Of a stretch of DNA of 64,000 nt, positions 35,929 to 44,824 are shown piece after piece. The stretch comes from Candidatus Ventrimonas merdavium (GTDB lineage Bacteria; Bacillota; Clostridia; Lachnospirales; Lachnospiraceae): positions 48-64,047 of the forward strand of contig DVLJ01000236.1 in NCBI GenBank assembly GCA_018715565.1, given 5' to 3'. The notes under the pieces were generated by a model. That model saw only the letters and a program-made list of their open reading frames with translations. It had not been told where the DNA came from and searched no databases. Position 1 is the first letter of the stretch. Each line of letters opens with the position of its first letter. The position numbers and the translations under genes were made by a program.

Positions 35929-37230
35929 TTACGGCTCCGGCGCTTCGTCAACAGTCTGCTGCATCTGGGCCAGACCTTCGTCCAGGGTCAGGGAGCCGCT
36001 GTAGATCTTTAACAGCAGGTCGTTGACCTGGGTCTTCCAGTTAGGCCGGGAAGCATTGTTGACGCTCTGTACGCCGTAATCAAACATTTCCACGCATTTT
36101 TCCACGTTCATATCGTAATCAAACTTGTCGAACGCGCTCACCCAGGTGTCCTCCAGGCCGATGTAGGCCGGGATCGCCGCGCCGGATAAGCCCTGTACCC
36201 GCTGGCCTTCCTCAGAGCCGCAGAATTTTAAGAAATCCAGGGCGTATTCCAGTTTCTTGCCATGGGCGCCGGTGGAATAGCACAGGCCGTTGGAGATCGT
36301 CGCCCGTCCGTCTCCGTTTACCGGATCCGGGCACTTGGGCAGGACCGCTACGTCCCACTTGCCTTCCATCTCTGCGTTGTTCTCCCGCAGGGACATCAGG
36401 TTCCAGTTTCCTTCCAGGTACATCGCGCCCTGGCCGGACATGAACGCGTTGCCAGGCGCGGTCTCCGCAAAGTAATTCTGATCCGGGCACCAAGGCTCCT
36501 TCTGCAGATTGATATAGAATTCCATTCCCTTCTTGGTCGCCGGGTCGGTGAAGCAGGCCGCGGTCTTGTCTTCGTTTAAAATGCTGCCGCCGGCCTGGTA
36601 TACAAAGTTCCAGTAGCCCAGCTGCTCGTCGGCGTAAGCCATGTAGCCGTATTTGCCCGTCTTCTCATAGATCTGAGCGGAAGCCTCGCACAGGGTATCC
36701 CAGGTCCAGGTCTCGTCTGGATAGGCAACGCCCGCCTGATCGAACAGCTCCCGGTTGTAGGCCAGGCACACCGTATCCTTATCCTTCGGCACGCCGTAGA
36801 TCCGTCCGTCAGAGCCCTTGGCGTTGTCTAAGGAGATCTCGGAGAAATGCTCGGTGTAGTAGTTGGGATCCTCGTCATCATAAAGGCTGGTCACATCTGC
36901 CAGCATGCCGTAGTCCGCATACTTCAGGATCTGGTTGGTGTGCATCCAGAAGATGTCCGGAAGCTGGTTGGATTCTGCCGCCGCATCCAGCTTAGTCCAG
37001 TATTCATCCCAGCTGGTCACCTGGAGTTCGATGGTCACATTGGGATTCTGAGCCTGGTAGGCGTCGATGATCGCCTGCATGCCGTCCCGCTGGGCCACAT
37101 CCCAGATCTGGAAAGATAAGTTCACCTTTCCATCTGCAGAGATCCCGGAATCCTGACAGCCGCTGACAGCCGGGACCGTCATCAGCGCCGCAAGGCAGAC
37201 CGCGATTCCTTTTGTTGTTCTGCTTCGCAT
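35929..37230 (-). CDS. Sugar ABC transporter substrate-binding lipoprotein (MsmE type)
   Basis: Lipobox VSGCQ after a signal peptide, SBP_bac_1-like sequence, and first gene of the msm-type operon. Confidence 0.85.
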   Translation of the reverse strand: MRSRTTKGIAVCLAALMTVPAVSGCQDSGISADGKVNLSFQIWDVAQRDGMQAIIDAYQAQNPNVTIELQVTSWDEYWTKLDAAAESNQLPDIFWMHTNQILKYADYGMLADVTSLYDDEDPNYYTEHFSEISLDNAKGSDGRIYGVPKDKDTVCLAYNRELFDQAGVAYPDETWTWDTLCEASAQIYEKTGKYGYMAYADEQLGYWNFVYQAGGSILNEDKTAACFTDPATKKGMEFYINLQKEPWCPDQNYFAETAPGNAFMSGQGAMYLEGNWNLMSLRENNAEMEGKWDVAVLPKCPDPVNGDGRATISNGLCYSTGAHGKKLEYALDFLKFCGSEEGQRVQGLSGAAIPAYIGLEDTWVSAFDKFDYDMNVEKCVEMFDYGVQSVNNASRPNWKTQVNDLLLKIYSGSLTLDEGLAQMQQTVDEAPEP

Positions 37231-37525
37231 AATTTACCCCCTATCGTTTTAAATTTCCCATCCGGCAGGGCCGGACGGGCGTATCTTTTCCATCTTCCGC
37301 GCAGTTGATCAAGATAGTTTTATGATACTCCCATCCCACTCTCCCGTAAATGTATCTATTTGTGCAATGTTATGCCAAAATGCTAGTTTTCTTTTTCTAG
37401 GTTGAAGTCGGGACGCATTTTGGTATATAATGAAGAGGAATGGATTTCTTTTTTATGCAATCATCCGATTTTTGGATCTGTTTTTGGGATTTTTTTAACG
37501 AACATGATGAAAGGGGATATTTCTG

Positions 37526-38377
37526 ATGGCCAATGGCAGCTTTTCTGTATTTCCCAACGAACGGTTTGTTGACCTGGGTTTATATCAATATGGGTGGGAG
37601 CAGTGCGCCCCCATGTACTCCTACGGTCCCCATGTGCGGAACCATTTCCTGTTCCACTACGTGCTTGCCGGGGACGGGGTCCTGGAGGTGACCCGGCCGG
37701 CAGGCGGCACCGACTATTTTCCGGTCAAAGCCGGGGAGGGGTTCATGATCTTCCCCCGGCAGGTGACCACCTATTATACCGGGGAGGAGCATCCCTGGCA
37801 GTACGCCTGGGTGGAATTTGACGGCCTGCGGGTGAAGGAGACCCTGGATCTGGCCGGCATCTCCCAGCTCAATCCCATCTACCGGCCCAGCGCCCGGGAC
37901 CTGGCCGCCCAGCTTCGGCAGGAGATGCTGTACATCGGCCAGAGCCGGGACCTGACGCCCCTTCACCTGATCGGCCATCTGTACCTGCTGCTGGATCTGA
38001 TGACCCGGTCGTCCTCCTCCCGCAAGACGCTGCAGAGCGGGAAAATGCAGGACTTCTATGTGCGGGAGGCCACCTCGTTCATCGAGCAGAATTTCCAGAA
38101 CGATATCTCTGTGGAGGATATCGCCGCCTTCTGCAATCTGAACCGCAGCTATTTCGGGAAGATCTTCCGGGACGCGGTGGGCAAAAGCCCCCAGGAATTC
38201 CTGATCCAGTACCGGATGACCAAGGCGGCGGAGCTTCTGAAGCTGACGGAGCTGGCGGTGAAGGACATCAGCAATGCCGTGGGCTATCCCAACCAGCTCC
38301 ATTTCTCCCGGGCGTTCAAGAGCATCTACGGCATCTCCCCCCGCCAGTGGCGGGCGGAGAACCGGATCATCTCGTAA
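37526..38377 (+). CDS. AraC-family transcriptional regulator (MsmR-like), divergent from the sugar operon
   Basis: N-terminal cupin sensor plus C-terminal double HTH (IAAFCNLNRSYFGKIFRDAVGKSPQEFLIQYRM...GYPNQLHFSRAFKSIYGISPRQWR). Confidence 0.85.
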   Translation: MANGSFSVFPNERFVDLGLYQYGWEQCAPMYSYGPHVRNHFLFHYVLAGDGVLEVTRPAGGTDYFPVKAGEGFMIFPRQVTTYYTGEEHPWQYAWVEFDGLRVKETLDLAGISQLNPIYRPSARDLAAQLRQEMLYIGQSRDLTPLHLIGHLYLLLDLMTRSSSSRKTLQSGKMQDFYVREATSFIEQNFQNDISVEDIAAFCNLNRSYFGKIFRDAVGKSPQEFLIQYRMTKAAELLKLTELAVKDISNAVGYPNQLHFSRAFKSIYGISPRQWRAENRIIS

Positions 38378-41300
38378 AGCGCCTGACCTGGACTAAGTTG
38401 GTGTGCTGGGGGTTCCCCTTGGCATAAGGGGTGGGCTCCCAGGAGGTGAGGACGTTGATGGATCCGCCTAAGTCCGCCGGGAATCGTGCGTTCCCAGGGC
38501 GGTCCTGGCTGGGGGCAGACATCTCGGTCTCTGCGCAGTCCTGGCCGGAGCCAGACAGCTCCTTCTCTCCCCCCTCCGTCACTGACGCCTCCTGCACTGA
38601 CTTCTCCGGCCGGTACCAGGCGCCCTGGGACAGGGCGGTGACGCCTTTGCAGATCCGATCCGTCACCTTCACCGGGATCCGGATCTCTCCCCGGTCGTTC
38701 CACACCACCGCCAGCTCCCCGTCCCCGATCCCCCGCTCCGCGGCGTCCTCCGGATGGATCCAGAGCCGCTGCGGGTCCAGCCGGTCCATGGAACGGTTGT
38801 TGTCATGGATAGAATGGCAGCGGCGTTTGGTGTGCCAGCCGATGAGCTGCAGGGGATACCGCCGGGCCAGAGGATCCTGGGGGCCCTCCGGCGGAGCCAC
38901 ATACCGGGGGATCGGCGGGAAGAAGGCGGAGAATCTCGTTTCATATACCTGCTTGGAAAAGATCTCGATCTTCCCGCTTTCCGTGGGGAAGGGATGGTGC
39001 TCCAGATCCGCTCTCTGCTCCGAAAAGGCGATCGCCGGCGGGTTCTCCCGGTAACGGTAGACGCCTTTTTCTTTCAGGATCTCATATTCCGGCAGCTCCG
39101 GCTCGCTCTTTCGCAATTCCTCATAACAGTACCGCAGCCACTCTCCCGCGGTCCGGCCCTCGGTAAAGGCTTCCTTTAACCCCAAACGGTCCGCCACCTC
39201 CGCCAGCCAGTCGTACTCGAAGCGTCCTTCATACAGAGGCTCGGTCACCTGATTGGTAAAGCCTACAAAATCGCCGTTCTGCCAGGGCATGGTGATGTTC
39301 TCGCATTCCAGCATGGAGATCCCCGGCAGCAGGATATCCGCGAATCTGGCGCTGGCGGTCATGAACAGATCGCTGCATACGATGAACTCGCATTTTTTCG
39401 TATCCTTCAGCAGCGCCGCGGTGCGGTTGATATCGCTGTGCTGGTTGATCAGGGTATTGCCCGCCAGATTGAGGATCATCTTAATGTCGCTGTCCAGGTG
39501 AAGGCGGCCCTGGTCGGCGATCACTCCGTCCAGCTCCGTCATGGCATGCCCCCGTTCTACCGCATCGGTCCACAAAAAGACCGGGATCTTCATCGGGTAG
39601 GGATTTTCCGGCATGGGGAACCGGGGATTCTGATGGCGGGTGCAGACGGCCACGCCGCCGGCCCAGCCGCCGGAGATCCCCACATTGCCGGTAAGACAGG
39701 CCAGGAGGATGGCTCCTCTTGCGCTCTGCTCGCCGTAAGCGTGGCGCTGGGCCCCATAGCCCTGGATCAGCGCCGCAGGGCGGGCCAGGGCATAGCGGCG
39801 GGCCAGGCTGCGGATCGTCTCCGCCTCCACGCCGGTGATGGCTTCCGCCCACTCGGGGGTCTTCTCCACCCCGTCCTGCTCTCCCATCAGCCAGGAACGA
39901 TAGCACAAAGACGGGTCCACACCCTCTGGCATATGTTCTTTATCAAAGCCCAGACAGTACCGGTCCAGAAAATCCTGGTCCTGTAAGCCCTCGCTTACGA
40001 TGACATAGGCCATGGCGTCCAGCAGGGCGCTGTCGGTGGCCGGACGCAGGGGGATCCACTCCGCATCCAACTCCCTGGCGGTATCGCTGTACCGGGGATC
40101 CACCACGATGATGGGGATGCCCTGCTCCTTGGCCTTTCTCAGATAGAACATCGAATCCCCGTCAAATACGGTCTCCGCCGGGTTGTGGCTCCACAGGATC
40201 AGCAGCTTGGAATTCAGCCAGTCTGCCCGGTCGTTCCCGGTCTCGTAAGTGCCGTACATCAGCTTGGTAGCATGGCGGATGCAAGCCGTGCTGTAGGAAT
40301 TATAATAATCCAGATAGCCGCCGTCCAGGCTCAGCAGCCGCTTTGCCAACTGGGCGGGGCGCAGCAGGGCGCTGACGCCGGTGGCATAGTTCACATAGCG
40401 GGAGCCGGGGCCGTAGGTATCCCGGATCCGGATCCATTCCCTGGCGATGATATCCACCGCCTCGTCCCAGGAGATCCGCTGGAATTTTCCTTCTCCCCGC
40501 TCTCCCACCCGCTTCATGGGCCAGCGCAGGCGGTCCTCTCCTAAAAACGTCTTATGGTAGTTAAGCCCTCTCGCGCAGGCGGTCAGGGGAAACGGACAGC
40601 CCGCCGCCTCGGCGTCCTTCTGGGTCTCGGTGGTCATCCGGACGATCTTCCCGTCCTTTACATGGGCATACAGCAGGCACCGGCCCCCGCAGTTGTTGCG
40701 GCCGGTGGTGGGGATGATCTGCTCCTGGGAGGCCGATCCCTGGGGTTCCGGAGACAGCATGGCAAATTCCTGGAAGATGCTCCCCTCCGGCTTCCGCTCA
40801 AAACGCAGCTCCTTCCCGGTCACCGGATGGGTGAAGGAAAGCTGCCAGGCCGCCAGGGCCACGGTGGGGCGGCGGTAACGGGCAGGCGGAGTCAGACCGC
40901 CCGGTCCGGCAAGGGGCGTCAGATTGCCCGCCCCGGCAGGCGTCCTCAGGCCGCCCGCCTCAGCCGGCGCGGCAGACCGGCCAGATCCAGAGCCAGCGGT
41001 CCCGCCGAACATGGGATTGTACCGGTTGTCCCCCCACAGGGGCAGGCCGTGTCCGGCCATCTGCACCCGGATCTGATGATGGCGTCCGGTGAACAGCGTC
41101 ACCTCCGCCAAAGTCAGCTCTCCATAGGGCTCCACAGTCCTTGTCTCCAGACTGCGGAGCCTCAGCTTTGCCTGCTTTGCACCAGTTATCCCCTTATCCA
41201 CAATCCTGGAACGATTTTCCTTTTCCTCTTTCAACAAATAATCCACATAGTTATCCACATTTTGGGCCGGTTTTCCACAAAGCACAGCCAGGTATTTTTT

Positions 41301-41564
41301 GCTCATGGCGCCGCCGGAAACCTGCTTACTTAAAGCCGCCGCGGCTTTTTTGTCCTTGGCGTACACCAGGATCCCGCTTACAGGCTTGTCTAATCTGTGG
41401 ATAACTCCCACATAGGGCTCGCCGGATTTTGGGGATAACTTGTGTATATGCCGGCGGATCTCGCTCACCATATCCGCGCCGAAGCCCCGGCTGGACTGGG
41501 ACTCCATGCCCACCGGCTTCCAGACCACGATCACGGATGCGTCTTCATAAAGAATCTCTAACAT
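38367..41564 (-). CDS. In-frame fusion: RluA-family pseudouridine synthase (N-terminal) and DMSO-reductase-family molybdopterin oxidoreductase (C-terminal)
   Basis: aa 1-265: VGVIHRLDKPVSGILVYAK, TGRHHQIRVQMA and QLSFTHPVTGKEL (RluA/RluD family). A molybdopterin-oxidoreductase body follows with no stop (NNCGGRCLLYAHVKDGKIVRM..., ...ILWSHNPAET..., C-terminal molydop_binding-like barrel). An internal ATG at 40760 is preceded by AGGAA. Confidence 0.7.
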   Translation of the reverse strand: MLEILYEDASVIVVWKPVGMESQSSRGFGADMVSEIRRHIHKLSPKSGEPYVGVIHRLDKPVSGILVYAKDKKAAAALSKQVSGGAMSKKYLAVLCGKPAQNVDNYVDYLLKEEKENRSRIVDKGITGAKQAKLRLRSLETRTVEPYGELTLAEVTLFTGRHHQIRVQMAGHGLPLWGDNRYNPMFGGTAGSGSGRSAAPAEAGGLRTPAGAGNLTPLAGPGGLTPPARYRRPTVALAAWQLSFTHPVTGKELRFERKPEGSIFQEFAMLSPEPQGSASQEQIIPTTGRNNCGGRCLLYAHVKDGKIVRMTTETQKDAEAAGCPFPLTACARGLNYHKTFLGEDRLRWPMKRVGERGEGKFQRISWDEAVDIIAREWIRIRDTYGPGSRYVNYATGVSALLRPAQLAKRLLSLDGGYLDYYNSYSTACIRHATKLMYGTYETGNDRADWLNSKLLILWSHNPAETVFDGDSMFYLRKAKEQGIPIIVVDPRYSDTARELDAEWIPLRPATDSALLDAMAYVIVSEGLQDQDFLDRYCLGFDKEHMPEGVDPSLCYRSWLMGEQDGVEKTPEWAEAITGVEAETIRSLARRYALARPAALIQGYGAQRHAYGEQSARGAILLACLTGNVGISGGWAGGVAVCTRHQNPRFPMPENPYPMKIPVFLWTDAVERGHAMTELDGVIADQGRLHLDSDIKMILNLAGNTLINQHSDINRTAALLKDTKKCEFIVCSDLFMTASARFADILLPGISMLECENITMPWQNGDFVGFTNQVTEPLYEGRFEYDWLAEVADRLGLKEAFTEGRTAGEWLRYCYEELRKSEPELPEYEILKEKGVYRYRENPPAIAFSEQRADLEHHPFPTESGKIEIFSKQVYETRFSAFFPPIPRYVAPPEGPQDPLARRYPLQLIGWHTKRRCHSIHDNNRSMDRLDPQRLWIHPEDAAERGIGDGELAVVWNDRGEIRIPVKVTDRICKGVTALSQGAWYRPEKSVQEASVTEGGEKELSGSGQDCAETEMSAPSQDRPGNARFPADLGGSINVLTSWEPTPYAKGNPQHTNLVQVRRFTR

Positions 41565-41692
41565 CGTCTGTTCCTTTTTTCTTAAATTTTTCCCCGGGAC
41601 TTGCATTTTTTGTTCCGCAGGTGTATAGTATAGAAAATGATATTACGTAGTTTTTAAAACTACATGTTATAGTTTTATGAGGAGATGGTTTT

Positions 41693-42343
41693 ATGACATT
41701 TAAGATCAAAGACCCCGGAAGCGCTCTGACCCACTTTATCGCCATGGTCCTGGCCCTGTGCGCCTCGGCCCCCCTGATCATCAAGGCGGCCCAGTCCCCC
41801 GGCTCGATCCATGTGCTGGCGCTGTCCATTTTCATCACCAGTATGGTCTTATTATATGCGGCGAGCACCGTATACCACACCCTGGATATCTCCCCTAAGG
41901 TCAATCAGATCCTGCGGAAGGTCGACCACATGATGATCTTTATCCTGATCGCGGGCACCTACACGCCGGTATGCCTGCTGGTCCTGGGGGACCGCACCGG
42001 CTGGGCGCTCCTGGCCTTAGTCTGGGGGATCGCCGTGGTCGGGATGGTGATCAACGCCCTGTGGATCACCTGCCCCAAGTGGTTCTCCTCCCTGATCTAT
42101 ATCGCCATGGGCTGGGTGTGCATCCTGGCCTTCGGCAAGATCGTAGCCGCCCTGCCCCGGACCGCCTTCATCTGGCTGCTGGCCGGAGGGCTGATCTACA
42201 CCGCAGGCGGCGTGATCTACGCCCTGAAGCTGCCTGTGTTCAATGCACGGTTCAAGTATTTCGGCTCCCACGAGCTGTTCCACTTATTCGTCATGGGCGG
42301 CAGCTTCTGCCATTATGTGATGCTCTACAACTTTGTGGCCTGA
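41693..42343 (+). CDS. Hemolysin-III / PAQR-family membrane protein
   Basis: 216 aa, 7 TM helices, conserved HxxxH-type end (ELFHLFVMGGSFCHY) and DHMMIF motif. GAGGAGA RBS. Confidence 0.85.
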   Translation: MTFKIKDPGSALTHFIAMVLALCASAPLIIKAAQSPGSIHVLALSIFITSMVLLYAASTVYHTLDISPKVNQILRKVDHMMIFILIAGTYTPVCLLVLGDRTGWALLALVWGIAVVGMVINALWITCPKWFSSLIYIAMGWVCILAFGKIVAALPRTAFIWLLAGGLIYTAGGVIYALKLPVFNARFKYFGSHELFHLFVMGGSFCHYVMLYNFVA

Positions 42344-42651
42344 CAGAGCTCCGCTGGGTCCTGGCCCGGCTTTTGCTCTGTCTCCGGATATCCGCAGGGC
42401 TGCGTCTGGCTTGCCGCCAGGCGCAGCTTTTCTGTGCGGCTTAGCTGCTTGATGGCCCATTCCCGCCGCATGGCCTCCTGCTTCGTGGGGAATTCCTCAT
42501 AATAGACCAGACGGACCGGGCGGCGGCTCTTGGTGTACTTGGCGCCCTGCCCGGCGTTGTGGGCCTCCACCCGCTCCTTTAAATGGTTGGTCCAGCCGCA
42601 GTAGAGGCTCCCGTCCGCGCACTGCACCAGATACGTATAGTTCTTCTCCAT
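42325..42651 (-). CDS. GIY-YIG nuclease-family protein (UPF0213 type)
   Basis: YTYLVQCADGSLYCGWTN...RVEAHNAGQGAKYTKSRRPVRLVYYEEF...A.RREWAIKQLSR. GGAGAAGGAGA RBS. Confidence 0.8.
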   Translation of the reverse strand: MEKNYTYLVQCADGSLYCGWTNHLKERVEAHNAGQGAKYTKSRRPVRLVYYEEFPTKQEAMRREWAIKQLSRTEKLRLAASQTQPCGYPETEQKPGQDPAELCQATKL

Positions 42652-42703
42652 CGCGCCTGTCTCCTTCTCCTTCCTCTGTCCCTTATCCTACCACAGGAAC
42701 CCC

Positions 42704-42729
42704 AAAAAGAAAAGCGGGCAATCGCCCGC
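42704..42729 (-). terminator. Strong intrinsic terminator about 55 nt upstream of the GIY-YIG start codon
   Basis: On the minus strand: GCGGGC-GATT-GCCCGC followed by TTTTCTTTTT. Confidence 0.6.
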
Positions 42730-42900
42730 GTCTCCTTTCCGGTCCTTATGTAAGCGGCGGCAGTCGTCTGCAGTTCTCCCGCGCCGCCTCAGGCTGCCCT
42801 GAATCTATTGGAAGCACCAGCTGTATGCGGATTTTCCGGCTTGCATCGTGTTCCCAGTCATTCGGAGGGTCCGGACCGTTATAGGATAGTATATCCGTAA

Positions 42901-42945
42901 AGAGGGGAAAATGTGCGGGCCGCAGACTCTTTTTCTGCGGGCCGC
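42901..42945 (-). terminator. Candidate terminator of the SipL-like gene
   Basis: On the minus strand: GCGGCCCGCAGA, 7-nt loop, TCTGCGGCCCGC (12-bp stem with one C-C mismatch), followed by ACATTTTCCCCTCTTT. Confidence 0.4.
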
Positions 42946-43055
42946 GGACTTTGCGGGCCGCCGCCTTTTGCAGACTTTCCTTTGCAGGCTGCCGCCTTTT
43001 GCGCCTCTCCCTTCGCAGTCCGTCTCCCCGCGGTCCGCCTCCCCAGCAGACCGCC

Positions 43056-44759
43056 TTACCGGCTCATCTCCTTGATCAAAAGCAGAGTGTCCCCAGGCTT
43101 TACCTCCTCGGAGGCCAGCCCGTTGGAGGCCATCACGTTATCCACCGTTGTGCGGAACCGTTTGGCGATCGTCCACAAACGGTCCCCCTCCTGTACCACA
43201 TATCCCACCAGTCCCGGCATCTCCTGGAACTGCTTGCGGTCCATCGGAGCCGTGTCCGCCCGGAGGATCACCTGGCGGCAGACTGGCTGAAGGGCCAAAA
43301 GCTCTAGGGTCAGCACGCCTTTTATCTCCACGGTCCCGCCTCCGGCCATGACCGCCGTGAGCTGCTCCACGCCGTTCTCCAGATACCAGATGCTGTCCTC
43401 CCGGATCCCCGGAGCCTCGGCTTCATAATGGAAGGGCAGGAGGCTGGAGGTGGCCTGGATGGGCAGGCTGTCGTCGTCGGTCAGATACAGGATCTGCACC
43501 TCTAAGGCCCCGTCGATCACCAGCACATCCTTCCCCGCCGTCACCTCATCCAGCTTCACCGTGCCGGAGCTGTGGCAGATCTGGAGGATCCGCATGTCGC
43601 CGCCTAACTCCACCTTTTCCGCCACCTTGCATTTGCCTGAATTTCGGGTCAGCAGCTGGTCGAAGCAGGCTTCCCCCGTCTCCATCGTCAGCTCCCGGTT
43701 CGTGGCGTATAAGTCACTTAACAGCTCCAGGGGCCGTTCCTCGTACAGGCGGATATCCAGCTCCACTACCGCGTCCACGTCCAGCTCCCGCATTTCCCCG
43801 TCATAGTCCGGCTTCTCCTCGATCCCCCGATGGATCAGGCGCAGGCCGATGGCCGGGAGCATTTCCTGGGCCGCCCCGGGCATTTCCACCTCTCCGGAAA
43901 ACGGCAGGCTTTCCTCCATCCACTGGACCGTGCTGTTCTCCCCCTCGCCTTCGTAGATGACGAACACCAGTAGGGATCCTTCCAGATGGATCCGGCCGTC
44001 TAAGGGTCTGGCCGAGGCGCCGCACAGCCGCATCTCTGTCCAGAGGATCCGATCGATGGCCGGCTTGCTGCCGGATAAGGTGATGGACTCCTTCAGCCGG
44101 TAGGTATCCTTCCTGCGCAGGGCAATCGCCGCTACCTCCAGGGTCTCCCGCTCCGTCTCGATGTGGGGCGGGCCAAAGAACCCGGCGTCCGTTCCGGCAG
44201 TTCCGGTCATCCCAGCCGGCCCAGTCATCCCGCCGGCCCCAGTCATCCCGCCGACACCAGTCATCCTGCCGGCCCCAGTCATTCCGCCGGCCCCGGCGCT
44301 CCCGGCCTCCCATTCCGGTTCCTTTAAGTCCACGGCGGCCTCCGCGTCGAACAGGGTCTCCACCTTTACCTCCAGGGTCACGATCCCCCGGATGCTCAGC
44401 TTCCGGGAATTGATCATGCTGGCATCCAGATCCTCCAGCTGCCAGGTCACACTGACGTAGTCCTTCTCCTCCAGCCCCGGCACGTTCACCGTCTCCTCAA
44501 AGGGCAGCAGCCCGCCCAGGGTCTGCAGGCCCCCTTCCTCCTTCCGGTACAGCACATGGAATTCCAGCTTGCCCCGCACCTGGATCTTCTCATTCTGGAC
44601 CTTCACCGGGTCCAGCTGGATCTCCCCCGCGTCCAGGATCACCTGGGCAATGTCGCTCATGGTATCCGGCACGATAAAATCATCGTCCAGGGTGACCTGG
44701 GTGTTCACCTGATTCTTCCACCGGTTCATATGTATGTTCTGTTTCACCAGCTCCAGCAT
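43056..44759 (-). CDS. DUF3794/SPOCS-domain protein with a C-terminal LysM domain (SipL/SpoVID-like sporulation protein)
   Basis: N-terminal block VTLDDDFIVPDTMSDIAQVILDAGEIQLDPVKVQNEKIQVRGKLEFHVLY, repeated later in the protein. C-terminal LysM YVVQEGDRLWTIAKRFRTTVDNVMASNGL...VKPGDTLLL. Confidence 0.7.
   Translation of the reverse strand: MLELVKQNIHMNRWKNQVNTQVTLDDDFIVPDTMSDIAQVILDAGEIQLDPVKVQNEKIQVRGKLEFHVLYRKEEGGLQTLGGLLPFEETVNVPGLEEKDYVSVTWQLEDLDASMINSRKLSIRGIVTLEVKVETLFDAEAAVDLKEPEWEAGSAGAGGMTGAGRMTGVGGMTGAGGMTGPAGMTGTAGTDAGFFGPPHIETERETLEVAAIALRRKDTYRLKESITLSGSKPAIDRILWTEMRLCGASARPLDGRIHLEGSLLVFVIYEGEGENSTVQWMEESLPFSGEVEMPGAAQEMLPAIGLRLIHRGIEEKPDYDGEMRELDVDAVVELDIRLYEERPLELLSDLYATNRELTMETGEACFDQLLTRNSGKCKVAEKVELGGDMRILQICHSSGTVKLDEVTAGKDVLVIDGALEVQILYLTDDDSLPIQATSSLLPFHYEAEAPGIREDSIWYLENGVEQLTAVMAGGGTVEIKGVLTLELLALQPVCRQVILRADTAPMDRKQFQEMPGLVGYVVQEGDRLWTIAKRFRTTVDNVMASNGLASEEVKPGDTLLLIKEMSR
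44206..44295. repeat. In-frame 18-bp tandem repeat (5 units) inside the SipL-like gene
   Basis: GTCAT recurs at 44206, 44224, 44242, 44260 and 44278. It encodes AGGMTG-AGRMTG-VGGMTG-AGGMTG-PAGMTG. Confidence 0.85.
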
Positions 44760-44824
44760 AAAAAAGCACCCACCTTACTTTCCGGATTTGGGACCGCCGG
44801 TCAGCGGCCCCATTCTTTACAGAA

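Noticed and set aside
42730-42900. Tested the unassigned structured region against SRP RNA, RNase P, 6S, cobalamin, SAM-I, ZTP, guanidine-I and c-di-AMP riboswitch motifs
   Set aside because: There is only partial resemblance (for example AGGACCGGAAAGGAG versus the SRP GGUCCGGAAGGAAGCAGC). No B12 box is present and no conserved core is intact, so I left it unclassified rather than naming it.
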